Position numbers and translations under genes: made by a program | In this document: one piece after another, positions 21,975-31,955 of the stretch | Layout of the letters: each line of letters opens with the position of its first letter | How positions within the stretch are numbered: the stretch's first letter is position 1 | Source of the DNA: an uncultured cyanobacterium | GTDB taxonomy: Bacteria > Cyanobacteriota > Cyanobacteriia > Cyanobacteriales > Nostocaceae | Assembly: GCA_963706595.1 (NCBI GenBank) | Contig: OY970166.1 | Span: 1,472,001-1,536,000 of the forward strand | DNA length: 64,000 bases | Reading direction: 5' to 3' | The notes under the pieces: generated by a model | Seen by the model: the letters and a program-made list of their open reading frames with translations, nothing else | The model's database searches: none | Told to the model about the DNA's origin: nothing

Positions 21975-24900
21975 ATGAAAACAGTCACCGCATTGCAAGC
22001 TCGTTTGGAACATTATTACCAGCAAATCAAGACGATTATTCTAGCGCGTCAAAATCCCATTACTGGTTTGCTTCCTGCGAGTACCGCAATAACCGCCCAC
22101 GGTGATTATACAGATGCTTGGGTACGAGATAACGTTTACAGTATTTTGGCAGTTTGGGGTTTAGCGCTGGCATACCGCAAGATTGACGAAGACAAGGGAC
22201 GCACCTATGAATTAGAGCATAGTGTCACCAAGCTGATGCGGGGGCTACTATTTGCGATGTTGCGTCAATCCCATAAAGTGGAACAATTTAAACATACTCA
22301 GTCGCCCCTGGATGGCTTACACGCCAAATACAACACCGCTACGGCCGATATTGTGGTTGGTGATGATGAATGGGGACATTTGCAACTTGATGCTACATCT
22401 ATATTTTTACTGATGCTGGCACAAATGACCGCTTCGGGATTGCAAATTATTTATACCCTGGATGAAGTAAATTTTGTGCAGAACTTGGTTTACTACATTG
22501 GCCGGGCTTACCGCACACCAGATTACGGTATTTGGGAACGAGGTAATAAAATTAATCATGGTAGTGCGGAGTTAAATGCTAGTTCAGTCGGTATGGCGAA
22601 AGCCGCTTTAGAAGCTATCAATGGACTAGATTTGTTTGGTGTGCGTGGTAGTCAAGCCTCAGTAATTCATGTCCTCCCCGATGAAATCGCCCGCGCCCGA
22701 ATTACTTTGGAATCTCTGTTACCCAGAGAATCGGCTTCTAAAGAAATTGATGCCGCACTATTAAGTATTATTAGTTATCCAGCCTTTGCTATTGAAGATG
22801 TGAAACTGCGCGAACGCACCTTTAATGATATTGTGACTAAACTCCAAGGAAAATACGGCTGCAAACGCTTCTTACGTGATGGACACCAAACGGTTTTGGA
22901 AGATGGCCAACGTTTACATTACGAACCTGGGGAACTGAAGCAATTCGAGCATATTGAATGTGAATGGCCTTTATTTTTCACTTATTTATTTTTAGATGGG
23001 CTATTTCGTGGTGACAGCCAGCAAGTTCAAGATTACCAACAACTTTTACAGTCATTATTAATTGAACGTGATGGAGTGGGTTTATTACCAGAACTTTATT
23101 ATGTACCAGCCGAAAACGTAGAAGCTGAAAGGTTACAACCACAAACTCAAACTCGCGTACCTAATGAAAATGTCCCTTTAGTCTGGGCGCAAAGTTTATA
23201 TTTTCTCGGTCAGCTATTAAATGAAGGCTTACTAGCCGTTGGAGATATTGACCCTCTCGGAAGACATTTGTGTGTCGGAAAAAACCGGGAGGCTTTGGTA
23301 CAAATTGCTTTACTAGCCGAAGACGAAGAGTTACAAGAAAAACTCGAAGTTTATGGAATTGAAACTCAAACACCCAAGCAAGTAGAACCAATTCAAGTCA
23401 GAAAAGCTGGCGAACTTTCCGCTATTTATACTCAAATTGGTAAGAATAATAAACTAGGTTTAACTGGTCGTCCAGTGCGGCGATTGCGGAGTTTGACCAC
23501 ATCTCGATTTTTTCGGATTCACAATGAGACAATTGTCTTTTTACCTTCGTTTTTGGATTCCCAACAGTTTTATTTAACCCTAGATTACCACTTTTTGCTC
23601 GACCAAATCAGAAGTGAATTGGCTTATATTCAAGATTATTGGCTTGATTTAGGTCGTCCGACTCTGACTTTAATGTTGACTCATACCATGTTAGAAATCG
23701 GTTCTGAGGCATTATTAGCACTGATGCAAGAACTGAAAGATGGTGTATGTAATGGTGTCAAGGTAAAATTGGGACGACTAAATCAACTGATGCTGACAGC
23801 CAGGATGCAAAGGATTGATTTTCTCCCAGATGCGGACTTCTCCCAATCACCGATGCAAAACGCCGGACCTCGTTGTTATTACTTAGCTTATCATCCTGGG
23901 GAAAACTGGCGTTTAGGACATACCCAAGAGTTCCAGATGGAATGCGAAACTAACTTGGGATTGTTGCTTTCTTCTTTGCGTTCATCGGAAAATATCTATG
24001 AACAAATTGAGTTATTACAAACTTTAATTCGTTTGCAGGGGCTAACTTTTGATACAGGTTTTGGTGGTCCACAGCGTCCTGTGACAGCAGCCGATTTACT
24101 AGATGAAGTTTACACCAAAGCCGGAGATTTAGGCATTTGGGCGGTAGTCCGTCGGGCGGCGGGATTAAGACAAATGGTTGATATCAGCTTGTCAGATACA
24201 GTCACGAGTATTTTGGTACGGGGTAAACAAATCGCTGTGGGTAGAGCTTACAGTCAATCCTCACTGATTTCTGTACCGATGCCCCACCGGGAAATTACTG
24301 AGAAAATTAATAATTTTTGTCGTGAAGATATTCGCGATCGCGTCCTCACACAAGAGATTATCATTTATCTTGGGGTCTTAATGCGATCGGAACCGGAACT
24401 ATTTCAAGGATTGCTAACTCTGAGAGTCGGCTATCTGATCTTATTAATTACCAGTGAATTAGCGCAAGAATTGGGTGTAACTCAAGATGAAGCCTATGAA
24501 CGCTTAATGGAACTTTCACCCTTTGAGGTGAAAATGCGCTTACATCAAGTATTAACAGGTTACACAGGTATCAGTAAATTATTACGCCAACAGGAATCAC
24601 TGCACGTTAAGCAAAAAGAAACTGATATTGCTTGGGTAGTGCTACCGACTGAAAAACAAGAAAGTCCAGTTCCCCCAGATGGCTGGCGGAGATTTCGCCA
24701 AGCAGAAGGAGGGCTAAACCGCGTCCCCAAAGACTTCTTCCAGCAGGTTTGGCTATTAATGAAACATTGTAAAGGAATTGTAATTGGCGATAAACTAGAG
24801 CGCCGCAATCGTTTAGATAGTGAATTGATTTTATCGGAAATGACCCCAGGCGAAAAGAACTTTGCCCTGAGAATCGAGCATTTACTGAATAAAATTGAAG

Positions 24901-25181
24901 CTCCAGAATACCGCAAAGTCAATATTGAAGCCTTAATGGAACTAGCCACAATTGTCGCCAATAACCCCAGCCTACAAATTGAAGAGTATATAGTATTAGA
25001 CGTATTAATTGGCCATGCAGTCAGATTAGCATGGTTAGAACAACATTCTGAAAGAGGCGATCGCTATGATGAAGATAAAGCCTCAGCCTGGAACTCCTTT
25101 TATAACACCTCACCCCAAGATTCCGTGAACTATATATTGAAAGCCTTCAGATTCTTAACAGAATTTGTCCAAGAGATTTAA
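21975..25181 (+). CDS. GH15-like protein related to phosphorylase kinase alpha/beta subunits
   Basis: AWVRDNVY, WGHLQLDATS, DYGIWERG, LLPRES.SKEIDAA, YGCKRFLRDG, IECEWPLF, TPGEKNFA, PEYR. Confidence 0.88.
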   Translation: MKTVTALQARLEHYYQQIKTIILARQNPITGLLPASTAITAHGDYTDAWVRDNVYSILAVWGLALAYRKIDEDKGRTYELEHSVTKLMRGLLFAMLRQSHKVEQFKHTQSPLDGLHAKYNTATADIVVGDDEWGHLQLDATSIFLLMLAQMTASGLQIIYTLDEVNFVQNLVYYIGRAYRTPDYGIWERGNKINHGSAELNASSVGMAKAALEAINGLDLFGVRGSQASVIHVLPDEIARARITLESLLPRESASKEIDAALLSIISYPAFAIEDVKLRERTFNDIVTKLQGKYGCKRFLRDGHQTVLEDGQRLHYEPGELKQFEHIECEWPLFFTYLFLDGLFRGDSQQVQDYQQLLQSLLIERDGVGLLPELYYVPAENVEAERLQPQTQTRVPNENVPLVWAQSLYFLGQLLNEGLLAVGDIDPLGRHLCVGKNREALVQIALLAEDEELQEKLEVYGIETQTPKQVEPIQVRKAGELSAIYTQIGKNNKLGLTGRPVRRLRSLTTSRFFRIHNETIVFLPSFLDSQQFYLTLDYHFLLDQIRSELAYIQDYWLDLGRPTLTLMLTHTMLEIGSEALLALMQELKDGVCNGVKVKLGRLNQLMLTARMQRIDFLPDADFSQSPMQNAGPRCYYLAYHPGENWRLGHTQEFQMECETNLGLLLSSLRSSENIYEQIELLQTLIRLQGLTFDTGFGGPQRPVTAADLLDEVYTKAGDLGIWAVVRRAAGLRQMVDISLSDTVTSILVRGKQIAVGRAYSQSSLISVPMPHREITEKINNFCREDIRDRVLTQEIIIYLGVLMRSEPELFQGLLTLRVGYLILLITSELAQELGVTQDEAYERLMELSPFEVKMRLHQVLTGYTGISKLLRQQESLHVKQKETDIAWVVLPTEKQESPVPPDGWRRFRQAEGGLNRVPKDFFQQVWLLMKHCKGIVIGDKLERRNRLDSELILSEMTPGEKNFALRIEHLLNKIEAPEYRKVNIEALMELATIVANNPSLQIEEYIVLDVLIGHAVRLAWLEQHSERGDRYDEDKASAWNSFYNTSPQDSVNYILKAFRFLTEFVQEI

Positions 25182-25276
25182 ACGCAGAGTCACGCTAAGG
25201 GAAACGCAAAGTAGCGCAGAGCCAGATTCTTCTTTGCGAACCTCTGCGCGAACCTTTGCGAACCTTTGCGTTTAAA
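25178..25276. repeat. Inverted array of ACGC(A/T)(A/G)AG-type repeats between convergent genes
   Basis: TTTAAACGCAGAG...CTTTGCGTTTAAA ends; possible bidirectional terminator. Confidence 0.6.
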
Positions 25277-25279
25277 CTC

Positions 25280-25561
25280 TTACTCAACAGATACAGCATC
25301 CACATCAACAGTTTCAGAGCTAGGTTCCTCAGAACCCTGACCAGCCTTCCAAGCAGCGAGGGCTAACCCAGACAGCTCAGAAAATAGCACGGACAACAGC
25401 AAAACGTCATCAATTTGACCGAGAATGGGTATAAAATCAGGAGCAATATCTATAGGGCTGAGAATATAAAGCAGTGTTGCTAAAACTACCCACCAACGAT
25501 ACATGGGATTACGAAGCAAATTGCGATACCAATCGTACAGTAATGGAATTGAAAATTTCAT
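25280..25561 (-). CDS. YkvA/DUF1232 family membrane protein
   Basis: YILSPIDIAPDFIPILGQIDD. Confidence 0.9.
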   Translation of the reverse strand: MKFSIPLLYDWYRNLLRNPMYRWWVVLATLLYILSPIDIAPDFIPILGQIDDVLLLSVLFSELSGLALAAWKAGQGSEEPSSETVDVDAVSVE

Positions 25562-25817
25562 GTCTTGATTCTCCAGTTATTTTTAATTTTGACAAATTAT
25601 TTTAGAAGTTCCCGGTAGAAATAACCGCCCCACCTTCTAATTTTACATTTTTGCCCGTATTGTGTTAATTTAATACATATTGCCAACGGTGTTTAAGTAA
25701 TATCCATAAGGTAGAGCGTGATGGTATTCGCTAGTACTGGATGTTTTAAAAGATTTAGATGATTTAGAAAATACCTATATGCAACTTTTGGCTCTATACT
25801 TTTTGTGATTTTCATCT

Positions 25818-26372
25818 ATGGAAGAAACAGTTCACGAATACTTTTTCAGAAACTTTACCGTAGTAACGGCAACTATATCCGCCGCAGATTCCCTTCCTGA
25901 GACATCCGGTATTTATGCTTTCTATCATGCGTTTGATTTTTTAGAAAACAACTTGTCTGAGTATATAGATACTCGTATAAAAAATACAGTATTTAAAACA
26001 AAGTTCTCTGAGAAAGATAACAGAAGTAAGTTTATTGTCGATACTTGTGGAGAGTCAGTTGGGTTGTCTCCAAAAATGGAGCAATTTATCAAAGCTGTTT
26101 CTCAGCCGAAAGAACGAAGAATTTTAAAAAATCTCCTAATCTCATGTAGCATTCTGCAACGCCCAGATTACATTGGTACTGCAATCAACTTAAGAAATAG
26201 ATTTATTCAGCATTTAGAACGAGACGATGGTTTTTTCTCAAAGTACGCAGAATCAAGGCAGAATGATGAATTTTTATTCATTTGTTTACCTTGCCCAAAA
26301 AACATTTCTAGAGAGTTAGAAAGTCTGTTAATTCAACTATGTCAGCCTAAGTTTAATACACAAAGAAGTTAA
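25818..26372 (+). CDS. GIY-YIG family nuclease with long insertion
   Basis: LPETSGIY (GIY at aa 31-33), YIGTAINLRNRFIQH (aa 118-132), C-terminal ELESLLI..QPKFN. Confidence 0.75.
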   Translation: MEETVHEYFFRNFTVVTATISAADSLPETSGIYAFYHAFDFLENNLSEYIDTRIKNTVFKTKFSEKDNRSKFIVDTCGESVGLSPKMEQFIKAVSQPKERRILKNLLISCSILQRPDYIGTAINLRNRFIQHLERDDGFFSKYAESRQNDEFLFICLPCPKNISRELESLLIQLCQPKFNTQRS

Positions 26373-26375
26373 AAA

Positions 26376-27992
26376 ATGGAATTAGATAATCAGTCTCCAG
26401 AGACTATAGAATATAAGGCAATCAGTGGTAACTTTGGTGAGGTTAGGTACTTCATAACAACTCTTGATCAAAGTGATGCCGTTGAAAACCTTAGATTTGC
26501 TGATGATATTCAAGGCAGTTGGAGTTTTTCTGAACGCGTTCAAAGAAAACTAGATGAAAATAGGGCAAATACAGAAATATTCTCTTACCTAGCGCAGGGT
26601 GGAATTCGCTTTTTTAATTCAATTGTAGTCGTACTTTTGCCAAACTCGAATGATCAAAGAGAATTTTGGGACTTCTCTACAGTTAGTAGTCAGGGAAAAA
26701 CTGTTGAAAAATGGGTTAATTTAAAGCTATATAAGAATGTAGCTAGAATTGTCATTGATGGTCAACATAGACTTCTTTCATTAAAGAGACATTGGAATGC
26801 CCATACGGGAAAAGAGCCTTTGAACACTCAACAAATCAAGGAAAATTTCAGTTGTTTAGATACCTTTGATATACCAGTCGTTTATCTAGTGTTTGGAAAT
26901 CTTGGCAGAGTTGGTCATTCAGAGTTAAGCGAAACTGTAAGAGATGAGATAATTAAAGCAACTCGTAATATATTTACAGTTATAAACAAGACTGCAAAAT
27001 CAATTGATAAACAAACTCAATTATTACTTGATGACAGTAAAATATCCGCATTAATTCCTAGAAAACTTTTAGAGGAAGGAGTTCTTGAAGATAGATTCGT
27101 TAAATGGTCTTCCAAATCCCGAAATTTAACGCAATCAGAACCTTACCTAACGACTCTAGACTTGGTGAGCCAATGTACTATTGAACTATTGAAAGATTAT
27201 CCAAAGCAAGCTTTAAAAAAATCATTCAATTCACCAACAGAGCGTAATATTGCTCTGGAAACTTATTATGAATCTCATCCTAAACTTCATGAAATAGGTA
27301 CAAAAGTATTGCTTAAGTGGTTTTTCACTGAACTTCAGCCATTCAAGGATTGGGTATCTCAGATTAGCTACGTAGGTATAAATATTCCTATTCAACCGGA
27401 GCAACCTCGATTAAATGCAAGTCAAAAAGCAAGTCTAAAAAAATTACGAGAGTCCAGCATTTTGTATACTGTTCTAGGGCAAAAAATTCTTTTTTTCGCT
27501 ATTTCACGCTTCTTGCTTGGAAAATTAAGCGCGGAGTATCGTATTCCAAAAACTCTTAACGCCATCTCCCTTAGTATTACTAAAATGGATAAAGATGGTT
27601 TTTTCGGACGAGATCAATCTCATTGGTCTCATGTTCTAGTGGGGACAAATGAAAACCTAACCATAATAACTAGAGGATCTGGATATGAGAAATGTATAGA
27701 ACTTATTAGAATGATATTATCTAATTCCTCTGATGGCGTGAGAGAATTGATAAAGCGTACTAAAGAAGATGTAAGCAATGAGGTTAACTGGAATGAAAAT
27801 CAGATTTCCACTTGGAGAAAAGATTTTCATGTGATATTACCTGAAGTGGAATTCATTGATGAGCAGATAAAGGAATCTTCTCAATCAGATGACTCCTTTG
27901 CTGAAGTTCGAGATTTGCTTGACTCTTCTGAGGAGGACGAAGAGGAATCTGATGAAATTGAAGATGATGAGGATATTTTTAAAGAAACTTGA
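26376..27992 (+). CDS. DGQHR-domain (DndB-like) protein with acidic tail
   Basis: VQR.LDE.RA..I..YL, FFNSIVV, IVIDGQHRL, IFTVINKTAK; tail SSEEDEEESDEIEDDED. Confidence 0.85.
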   Translation: MELDNQSPETIEYKAISGNFGEVRYFITTLDQSDAVENLRFADDIQGSWSFSERVQRKLDENRANTEIFSYLAQGGIRFFNSIVVVLLPNSNDQREFWDFSTVSSQGKTVEKWVNLKLYKNVARIVIDGQHRLLSLKRHWNAHTGKEPLNTQQIKENFSCLDTFDIPVVYLVFGNLGRVGHSELSETVRDEIIKATRNIFTVINKTAKSIDKQTQLLLDDSKISALIPRKLLEEGVLEDRFVKWSSKSRNLTQSEPYLTTLDLVSQCTIELLKDYPKQALKKSFNSPTERNIALETYYESHPKLHEIGTKVLLKWFFTELQPFKDWVSQISYVGINIPIQPEQPRLNASQKASLKKLRESSILYTVLGQKILFFAISRFLLGKLSAEYRIPKTLNAISLSITKMDKDGFFGRDQSHWSHVLVGTNENLTIITRGSGYEKCIELIRMILSNSSDGVRELIKRTKEDVSNEVNWNENQISTWRKDFHVILPEVEFIDEQIKESSQSDDSFAEVRDLLDSSEEDEEESDEIEDDEDIFKET

Positions 27993-28381
27993 TAACCACT
28001 ATTGCTAATGCGATCGCTATTCCCGCAGAAGGAAATGATTTCAAACCTTTCTTTCAGCGATGTGGCAAATGTTACTCTATCAAAGAACAAGATGGTTGCT
28101 CTATGTGCGGTTAGCCGATAAACCCAGCATTGACATTGAACCCTTTGCTATCCCTCACTACAGACAAACAATTCTGGCAACATTACCCATTAGCACTGAA
28201 CTGTTATCAGAATTGAAAATCAAATGCTCTGCCCCAGGTAGTATGGAAGACGCTAGTGTTTATCTGTCGTTAAATATCTGTCCGACGATTTTGTATAAGA
28301 ATATGGTAATCATGCATTAATCTTTAAAATTAAAATGCTTTGGGATTGTTGCTGTAGAAGTGGAGGGAGGAAACCTAACCA

Positions 28382-29150
28382 GTGGATATTTTAGATTTGT
28401 TTGAAAAGGGCGGGCCAGCCATGTGGCCCTCTGCTTGTCTTGTCAGTGCTGTCGATCAGTGTGATTTTCGAGCGCCTGTGGTTCTGGTTGCGAATCATGA
28501 CTCAAGAAAAGGAAATAGTGGATCGTGTCCTCAAAGCTGCCCAGGATAGTTGGGAAGTAGCGGCGAATATTGCCAGAAATGCCAGCCATCAGCCTGTGGG
28601 ACGGTTTCTCTATGCCCCCTTAAGCTACCCGAAACGTGACCCAGAAACCTTTCGACTAGCACTGGAGTCCACCGCCGAAGATGAATTAGCAGGAATGCGC
28701 CGGGGTGAAAAACTTTTAGAAGCCATAATCGCCCTCTCACCTCTGTTGGGATTGCTGGGGACAGTTTTGGGTTTAATCCAGTCCTTGCGTTCAATTCGCA
28801 TTGGCGATTTGGGAACCGAATCTACTGCTGGTGTGACTACTGGTATTGGTGAATCTTTAATCAGTACTGCTACTGGATTGATAGTTGCGATTATCAGTTT
28901 GGTCTTTTATCGTCTATTCCAAAGTTTTGTAGTTGACCAAGTTAAAATTTTTCGCAAAGCGGGAAATGAGATGGAATTGTTATATCGTCAGTCTCCGCCT
29001 GACTATGACAAAATTGCCTCAGTCATCGTGGAGGAATCTTCACGAGAAAGTGCTGATCCTCCCCGCAAGCGAGATAAAAAACTGTTTCCTAAACCTCCTG
29101 AACCCACGAATACTCCTGATTCCTTAGATCCTGTAGATCCTGAGAAATAG
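28382..29150 (+). CDS. exbB: MotA/TolQ/ExbB proton channel protein with apparent +1 frameshift at 28427-28429
   Basis: GGAGG RBS then GTG 28382 reads VDILDLFEKGGPAMWP; the body (PLLGLLGTVLG, GIGESLISTATGL) is in another frame; followed by exbD. Confidence 0.85.
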
Positions 29151-29189
29151 TTAAGAATTCCCCACTTGAACCAGGCGTAATGTGAAACG

Positions 29190-29771
29190 ATGAAAGTTAA
29201 TCTCCAAACTCCAGTTGAAGAAACACAAATTCAAATCCTCCCGTTAATTGATGTCGTTTTTTGTATCCTGACGTTTTTTCTGTTAGCAGCTTTGCAATTT
29301 ACTCGACAACAGGCAATTAATATTGATTTGCCCAAAGCTAGTACAAGTACAGTTGCTGGTGCTACGTCACAGAGTGCTACTCAAATTGTCACTATTGATG
29401 CTGTTGGTAATCTTTACATCGAAAAACAGCCTGTACAACGAGAACAGTTAGCACAAGGCTTAAGGCAATATCTCCAAGCTAATCCTGGTGGAACTTTAGT
29501 GCTAAATGCATCACGCACAGCCACCTATAATGATGTGATTGAAATCTTAGATTTGATGCGGCAAGTAGGAGGCGATCGCGTATCCTTGGGGATTATCCCC
29601 GGCCCATCTCAACTACCCAACGACTCATTTAATCCCCCTAACTTTCCCATGAGTCCGGGAGAATTACCTGCACCAGTTCCGGGAGTTAATCCTGATTTGA
29701 TGTCTCCCGTTCTGCCCAACGAACTAGCGCCCCAAATACCTGTAGCACCTGAAACAACTCCTACCCCTTAA
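29190..29771 (+). CDS. exbD: ExbD/TolR biopolymer transporter with Pro-rich tail
   Basis: ILPLIDVVFCILTFFL, IDLPKA, YNDVIEILD. Confidence 0.9.
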   Translation: MKVNLQTPVEETQIQILPLIDVVFCILTFFLLAALQFTRQQAINIDLPKASTSTVAGATSQSATQIVTIDAVGNLYIEKQPVQREQLAQGLRQYLQANPGGTLVLNASRTATYNDVIEILDLMRQVGGDRVSLGIIPGPSQLPNDSFNPPNFPMSPGELPAPVPGVNPDLMSPVLPNELAPQIPVAPETTPTP

Positions 29772-29834
29772 AGGTGAGGTTGATGAACAAAAAGACAAAA
29801 TTTCTCCTGAAAGTGCGGATTTAATTAAGTACAA

Positions 29835-29875
29835 AACCTCACCCCCAACCCCTCTCCTTACCAAGGAGAGGGGAG
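29835..29875. repeat. Dispersed hairpin repeat, same family as 7039-7080
   Basis: AACCTCACCCCCAACCCCTCTCCTTACCAAGGAGAGGGGAG. Confidence 0.8.
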
Positions 29876-30020
29876 GTAAACCTAAAGATATCCGAAATAA
29901 ATTCTGTTTATAAAAAAATATCTGTTAATTTACAAATAATTGGTTAAGCTTCAAAAATTTCTTTATCGTCAGACTTAGTAATTTAGCGCCAATTACCGTT
30001 CGCGTTTCAAGGTTTGTGGC

Positions 30021-30383
30021 ATGAATATTGTGACGCTTTTAATTGTTTGGGTAGTAACATCTATCAGCTTGTTGATTATTAGTAGGCTGCCCTTCGGAGT
30101 TGAGGTTGACTCTCCACAAAAAGCCTTTTTTGCGGCCGCAGTTCTCGGTATTGTCACAGCAGTAGTAAGACCAATTTTAAGCCTCATATTTACATTACCA
30201 GACTTACTTACTCTTAACTTGTTATCCGGCATTTTCACTTTTATGATTGCCGTTGTGTGTTTTAGTATCGCGGCTTGGCTAGTTGAAGGGTTTCGCCTAC
30301 GTTTTGGAATCTGGAGTGCTGTACTAGGGGCTTTTGCTCTGACTATCATCAACAGCCTGATTTACAAATTGTTAGGCGTGTAA
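30021..30383 (+). CDS. Four-TM membrane protein of the 'phage holin family' (YvlD-like)
   Basis: GVEVDS...AFFAA.VLG.V...VRPIL, VEGF....IWSAVLGA. Confidence 0.8.
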   Translation: MNIVTLLIVWVVTSISLLIISRLPFGVEVDSPQKAFFAAAVLGIVTAVVRPILSLIFTLPDLLTLNLLSGIFTFMIAVVCFSIAAWLVEGFRLRFGIWSAVLGAFALTIINSLIYKLLGV

Positions 30384-30391
30384 ATAATTAT

Positions 30392-30511
30392 TAATTCGTA
30401 GTTCGTAATTCGTAATTAATTAAGGTTACAACTCCTCAATCTATTTATGGAAAAAATAAAGTTTTTTCCGTAGATAACAATTACGAATTACGAGTTATCA
30501 ATTACGAATTA
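30392..30511. repeat. Inverted heptamer arrays (TTCGTAA)n / (TTACGAA)n between convergent genes
   Basis: Three copies on the left and three to four on the right, in opposite orientation. Confidence 0.7.
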
Positions 30512-31210
30512 TTCAGTTGGGGGAGCAACTGGGGTACTTGTTTGTTGTAGACGCTGTTCGCGTTTTTTGCGATCAGCCGAAAGCATATCTGCCATCACTA
30601 TGAGCGCTTGAGCCATCTTTTCTAGGTTAGAACTGTATAGTTCCAAATCCTTGCTGAGTTTTTCATCAGATAGATGTAAGCCCGCCGCAATAGCTTTGAA
30701 TGCCTCAGTCCGTTGCTTTTCATCCTTGACTAATTCCGGATCGGACTGTTCTAACAACGTGAATAAACCAACTGCAAATAAACGGCTGTATTTAAACTCA
30801 GGATTGTTAGCGATCGCTTGCAATTGTGCTTGCAAGTCAGAATCTCGATCCAAATGAGTGGTTTGGCTTAACCATGCAATTAAATCATTCCCTGCTAGGT
30901 CTTTAGCTATAGCTTGTAGCCGTTCAGCATCCTGACGGTAGCGTTGCGGATCTTGTTCTAAAGCTTGACATAAGGATTGGAAAATCGATTCCTGATCTCG
31001 TTCTGGTAGGTAGCCTTGCATAAAGCGGTCAAAGCTTGTGACGACACCCAAGGCATAAATTGGATTGTAGGTAAAACCGCTATTGACTGATAGTAGATGC
31101 ATTTCTACCATCAACTCTTCTACCACCCGACGATAAATTGTGTTAATTGGCCGGGTGTGAAGAGAGTAAAAAGCTCGCTTTGTATCTGAAACAGTACGGA
31201 CGTTATTCAC
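30509..31210 (-). CDS. psb29: Photosystem II biogenesis protein Psb29/Thf1
   Basis: TVSDTKRAF, IYRRVVEELMVEMHLL, FKYSRLFAVGL, KDLELY.SNLEK. Confidence 0.95.
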   Translation of the reverse strand: MNNVRTVSDTKRAFYSLHTRPINTIYRRVVEELMVEMHLLSVNSGFTYNPIYALGVVTSFDRFMQGYLPERDQESIFQSLCQALEQDPQRYRQDAERLQAIAKDLAGNDLIAWLSQTTHLDRDSDLQAQLQAIANNPEFKYSRLFAVGLFTLLEQSDPELVKDEKQRTEAFKAIAAGLHLSDEKLSKDLELYSSNLEKMAQALIVMADMLSADRKKREQRLQQTSTPVAPPTE

Positions 31211-31303
31211 AAATAAAATGTTAAGAATGTTAAGGGCGACGTTATTATATTTTGTCGCTTAAAGGCTACTTTGCCAAGTTCAGGTTTCCGATCAGTGTCA
31301 TCT

Positions 31304-31900
31304 ATGAGTTTTGCGCCAAATTTAATTGCCCTGGGTAAGTATTTAGCTGGTAAATTCGATAATCGAGAACAAGCTTTAGCAGATTCGGCTTGGTTTGTGC
31401 ATCTACATCTTTGGCAAAGACCAGTGGATCTGTTTACAGAAGACAGTATCACCTTGTTTGCCGAGCAAGCTAATATTGTCAAACTAGACCATCCCTATCG
31501 CCAGCGAATTATGCGGTTGATGTCGGGAAGCACCTCTGATGCACCATTGCAGCTACAATACTATATGTTCAAAGATCCCAGCGCCTTCAGTGGTGCAGGT
31601 CATAATCCGGCTTTACTCAAAGCATTGACGGTGGATCAATTAGACTTACTACCAGGCTGCATCCTCACAGTTAGCCAACAAACATTAGCTGTAAACAGCT
31701 ATAAATTTACTGCTACTCAACCTCCAAATACTCGTTGCTGCTTTAGTTATCTTAACCAGACTGTCCAAGTTGCTTTGGGATTTGCAGCCACAGCCGCAGA
31801 ATTTAACAGCTACGACAAAGGAATTGACTCTGATACTGGAAAAGCCACCTGGGGAGCAATATTAGGGCCTTATCGCTACACCAAGCGAGAACAGTATTGA
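31304..31900 (+). CDS. cpcT: Phycobiliprotein chromophore lyase, CpcT/CpeT family
   Basis: LAGKFDNREQA, PYRQR, LPGC, SYDKG.D...G...WG. Confidence 0.85.
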   Translation: MSFAPNLIALGKYLAGKFDNREQALADSAWFVHLHLWQRPVDLFTEDSITLFAEQANIVKLDHPYRQRIMRLMSGSTSDAPLQLQYYMFKDPSAFSGAGHNPALLKALTVDQLDLLPGCILTVSQQTLAVNSYKFTATQPPNTRCCFSYLNQTVQVALGFAATAAEFNSYDKGIDSDTGKATWGAILGPYRYTKREQY

Positions 31901-31955
31901 AACTCTGTAGTTTCTTGTGAAGACGCGATTAATCGCGTCTCTACCAAGCAGTCTC

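Noticed and set aside
26376..27992. DNA phosphorothioation (dnd) locus
   Set aside because: Only a DndB-like domain is present; no dndA/C/D/E in the window.
28060..28320. 86-aa ORF after the DGQHR gene as a third component
   Set aside because: No recognisable motif or RBS; may be a gene remnant, but I cannot support it.
30021..30383. 'Phage holin family' gene as a prophage marker
   Set aside because: Common chromosomal membrane protein; no phage genes nearby.
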